Shown here: in pieces, positions 18,109-21,149 of the stretch | How the letters are laid out: each line of letters opens with the position of its first letter | How positions within the stretch are numbered: the stretch's first letter is position 1 | Origin: Octopus sinensis | Taxonomy: Eukaryota | Assembly: GCF_006345805.1 (NCBI RefSeq) | Contig: NW_021823738.1 | Coordinates: forward strand, 1-21,149 | Direction: 5' to 3' | DNA: 21,149 nt | Position numbers and translations under genes: made by a program | The notes under the pieces: model-generated | Seen by the model: only the letters and a program-made list of their open reading frames with translations | Databases searched by the model: none | What the model was told of the DNA's origin: nothing

Positions 18109-18290
18109 GTTTCTAATTTAGGCACAGAACCACCAATTTTGAGGGGAGGGGTACTCGGTACCAACGATCCAGTACTTCATCGGTACTTTTTATTATCGAA
18201 GGCATGGCTTGAGAGGGTTTTGAAACCAGAACGTAAAGCGCCTTAAATATTGCAAAGCATTTTTCCGACGGTCTGGCGATTCTTCCAGCA
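18109..18290 (-). mobile_element. Highly diverged SINE family A
   Basis: Reverse complement: GCTGGAAGAATCGCC..AAAAATGCTTTGCAATATTT..TTTACGTTCTGG..CGATAATAAAAAGTACCG..CCCCTCCCCTCAAAATTGG..GTGCCTAAATTAGAAAC. Confidence 0.65.
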
Positions 18291-18324
18291 TCTTTGGAAA
18301 CACCATTAGCTTTGCAATAATATC

Positions 18325-18375
18325 GGTTTCAAATTTTTGGTACAAGGCCAGCAATTTCAAGGGAGGCGGTAAATT
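18325..18375 (-). mobile_element. SINE family A 3' tail fragment
   Basis: GGTTTCAAATTTTTGGTACAAGGCCAGCAATTTC matches 8478-8506. Confidence 0.7.
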
Positions 18376-18439
18376 GCGTTCACGTATCTTGGTTTATTAT
18401 TTAAGCTTACGTCGATTCCTCCATGGTGTTGTTTTGCAT

Positions 18440-18592
18440 TTATAGTAAAATAAATATATACAAATGATAAAAATAATAAAAAATATATACAGTAGAATAC
18501 TGTTTCTACTTCGCGGATTTTCACCTTTCGCGGATTTACACCTATCGCGGAGGTTTTTGGAACGTAACACCCTCGATAGTCGAGGGATTTTA
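18440..18592. mobile_element. Probable single end of a Tigger/pogo-like (Tc1/mariner superfamily) DNA transposon or MITE
   Basis: Reverse complement reads TCCCTCGACTATCGAGGGTGTTACGTTCCAAAAACCTCCGCGATAGGTG..AAATCCGCGAAGTAGAAAC, resembling recalled Tigger-type termini (CAGTAATCCCTCG..TATCGCGG..TTACGTTCC). No partner end was found in the window. Confidence 0.55.
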
Positions 18593-18594
18593 GC

Positions 18595-18750
18595 ACATAC
18601 ATGCATGCATACATACACTCATACGTGCATACATACATACATACGTACATATATATACATACATACATACATGCATGCATGCATGCATACATACATACAT
18701 ACATACATACATACATACATACATACATACATACATACATACATACATGG
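18595..18750. repeat. (CATA)n microsatellite
   Basis: Direct reading. Confidence 0.95.
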
Positions 18751-18971
18751 GCAAGTACTTGATTGGATGTGTGTGCGTGTGTTTGAATGTGTATACATGA
18801 AACTCTGTGTTCGAGCAAAATTTCCAGTTACAAGTTTGTGTAAATGACACCAACATATAATTATAAACACACAGCTGTCACACTTTACCTATTTCTCCAG
18901 TCATATGATAAATGTCTCCACTTCAATATAAATAACATACAAGCAAAAATAGGTGTGTATATATATATATA

Positions 18972-19008
<37 letters not shown>

Positions 19009-19148
19009 GCACAAAAGAAGAAAGACAGAGACAAGCAGAAACAAGGAAAATGCCACTGGTATTTGAACACTATTCAAATATTCTTTTAAAAAACTTTTCT
19101 TTTCACTTTTCCAAAATTTAATTGTCTTCCATACTTACAATTGAAAAG

Positions 19149-19221
19149 TCTCAATGAATGAAACCGGTACTGAAGTGTTTTATTATGTGCCGGATATCAA
19201 AAAGGAGATCTCACACGGAGA
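19149..19221 (+). other. Candidate 73-nt coding exon (phase 1-2), product unknown
   Basis: Upstream pyrimidine-rich tract, TTGAAAAG| acceptor, open frame xSMNETGTEVFYYVPDIKKEISHGE, donor GA|GTAAGG. Confidence 0.25.
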
Positions 19222-19234
19222 GTAAGGGCCGGAA

Positions 19235-19259
19235 TGTATATATATATATATATATATAA

Positions 19260-19347
<88 letters not shown>

Positions 19348-19380
19348 TATATATATATGTATATATGTAATATGTATATG

Positions 19381-19421
<41 letters not shown>

Positions 19422-19423
19422 TA

Positions 19424-19463
<40 letters not shown>

Positions 19464-19871
19464 GTATATATATATGTGTGTGTGTGTATGTATGTATGTA
19501 TGTATGTATGTATGTAGGATGTATGTATGTATGTGTGTGTGTTTACCAATCAATCAATCTAACTATGTACCCATCTCTCTATGTATCTATCTATCTATCT
19601 GTCTGTCTCTATGTATATATGTATGTATGTGTACGTGTATGTGTGTGTGCGCGTGTACGTCTGTGTGTGTATGTTTACATGTTTTAAACTTGAATAGATC
19701 TGGTCATTTATGCATGTAGTGTGGCTAATGAATAGGAGCTACAGCAGTGTACACATAATTAGCGCATTTTTTAATTACATATCAACAGACAAGTGTCATA
19801 TTGTATGTAAAGAATTTTATGAGTGCGTGCGTGTATATATGTATATGTGTTTGTATCTATGAATGTGTGTG

Positions 19872-19936
<65 letters not shown>

Positions 19937-20220
19937 TTTTATATATATATATATATCTATATGTGTATGTATCTATGTATATATGTATGTATATCTATAT
20001 ACATAAATACACTACATACGTAATACACACACAAACACACACACAGGCACGCATATATACATACACACACACTCACACACAAACATATTATATTCATATT
20101 TATAGATATTTTCACGAATGTATGTGTGTGTGCGCGTGCGTGTAAATGTGTGTGTGTTCGTGTGCGTCCGTGTGTATAACTATAGATAAAGATATTTATG
20201 TATATATATATATATATATC

Positions 20221-20251
<31 letters not shown>

Positions 20252-20395
20252 TCGGGGTTAGTACTTGATAATTGTAAGCACCCACAGACATACATTATGC
20301 ATTGTTATAAATCCGTCTAATAAAGGCCCGAAACATATGTACCGCTGATGAATCCTTGGCATCTTGTTTTTATTCTTATATATATATATATATAT

Positions 20396-20451
<56 letters not shown>

Positions 20452-20642
20452 CTATATATATCTCTGTATATATATACATATGTATAGATCATATATATAT
20501 ATAATGTGTATATATATATATATATTATATAATATATATATATGAACTATATATGTGTTGAATGTTATATATATGTCTATATATATATATATATATGTAT
20601 ATGCATATATATATGTATATTGTATATATATATATATATATA

Positions 20643-20680
<38 letters not shown>
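19235..20680. repeat. Extended (TA)n/(TG)n/(TATG)n/(CA)n microsatellite field with short unique interruptions
   Basis: Direct reading. Confidence 0.9.
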
Positions 20681-20689
20681 AAGTAAAAA

Positions 20690-21149
20690 AAAACTGGTTG
20701 TAAGGTACGCCGGATGGCTAAATCAAAGGTAGAACAGAAAGAACACAACAAGCAGGAATCAACAAAGCACAACATGCACAACATGTGGGGAAATAGTTGA
20801 TAACATAACAGACGGCAAACAGGACAAAAACATGATACAACGGATCATTCGAAGCCGATTTCTTCTTCAGTCGGTGTGCGAAAAGTCCTTGCAGTTTCGC
20901 TCTACTTATCCCCGAGACTGCTCGAATCCGGCGAGTGCCAGGGAGTTAGAATAAACGCTTTAGGCTTCTGGGGGAAAAGCAAACGAATGCATACAAGAAC
21001 GAGAACATGAACGGGAACAAAACCGAGAAAGATAGAATTATACACGTACAACGGAACGCCTTTCTGCTATACAAAAGGAGGAAAACAATTGTAAATTTAC
21101 GAATACAAATGAATAAATAACAGAAAGGGTCTTTCAGCTATTGGATGAC
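20690..21149 (-). mobile_element. Possible Penelope-like element terminal or UTR fragment
   Basis: Non-simple sequence with a T-rich minus strand and a degenerate CTGAAGA..CGAA hammerhead-like core (20838-20876). No RT or GIY-YIG ORF is visible. Confidence 0.3.

Noticed and set aside
18889-18920. 32-nt minus-strand micro-exon (GDIYHMTGEI) with donor AG|GTAAAG
   Set aside because: Too short to distinguish from chance, and no consistent minus-strand exon chain was found.

Overview
Eukaryotic, AT-rich, repeat-saturated DNA (intronic or intergenic). The microsatellite density and SINE families resemble Octopus/coleoid cephalopod DNA; this is an inference from recalled family sequences, not a search. 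No intact protein-coding gene, rRNA, true tRNA or CRISPR array is supported, and nearly all ORFs in the track are translated microsatellites. Supported content: about 21 copies or fragments of three tRNA-derived SINE families (labelled A, B, C here); three + strand fragments of an L1/Tx1-type LINE ORF2 (decayed APE endonuclease+RT at about 9480-11090, an endonuclease N-terminus at 11571-11725, and a well-preserved 5'-truncated C-terminus with 3' UTR at 16194-17375); one probable Tigger/pogo-like transposon end; a 51 x 29-bp minisatellite; and many microsatellites. The two strongest observations are linked. The well-preserved LINE sits inside a (TATC)n microsatellite, and its last 42 nt match the 3' tail of one family A SINE copy at 33/42 positions without gaps. 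Together they suggest a microsatellite-associated Tx1-like LINE and a partner SINE. Also notable are two fold-back palindromes built from microsatellites, a tandem SINE trimer, two degenerate hammerhead-like motifs near the right end, and two low-confidence + strand exon candidates. Repeat boundaries are read by eye and are approximate unless stated.
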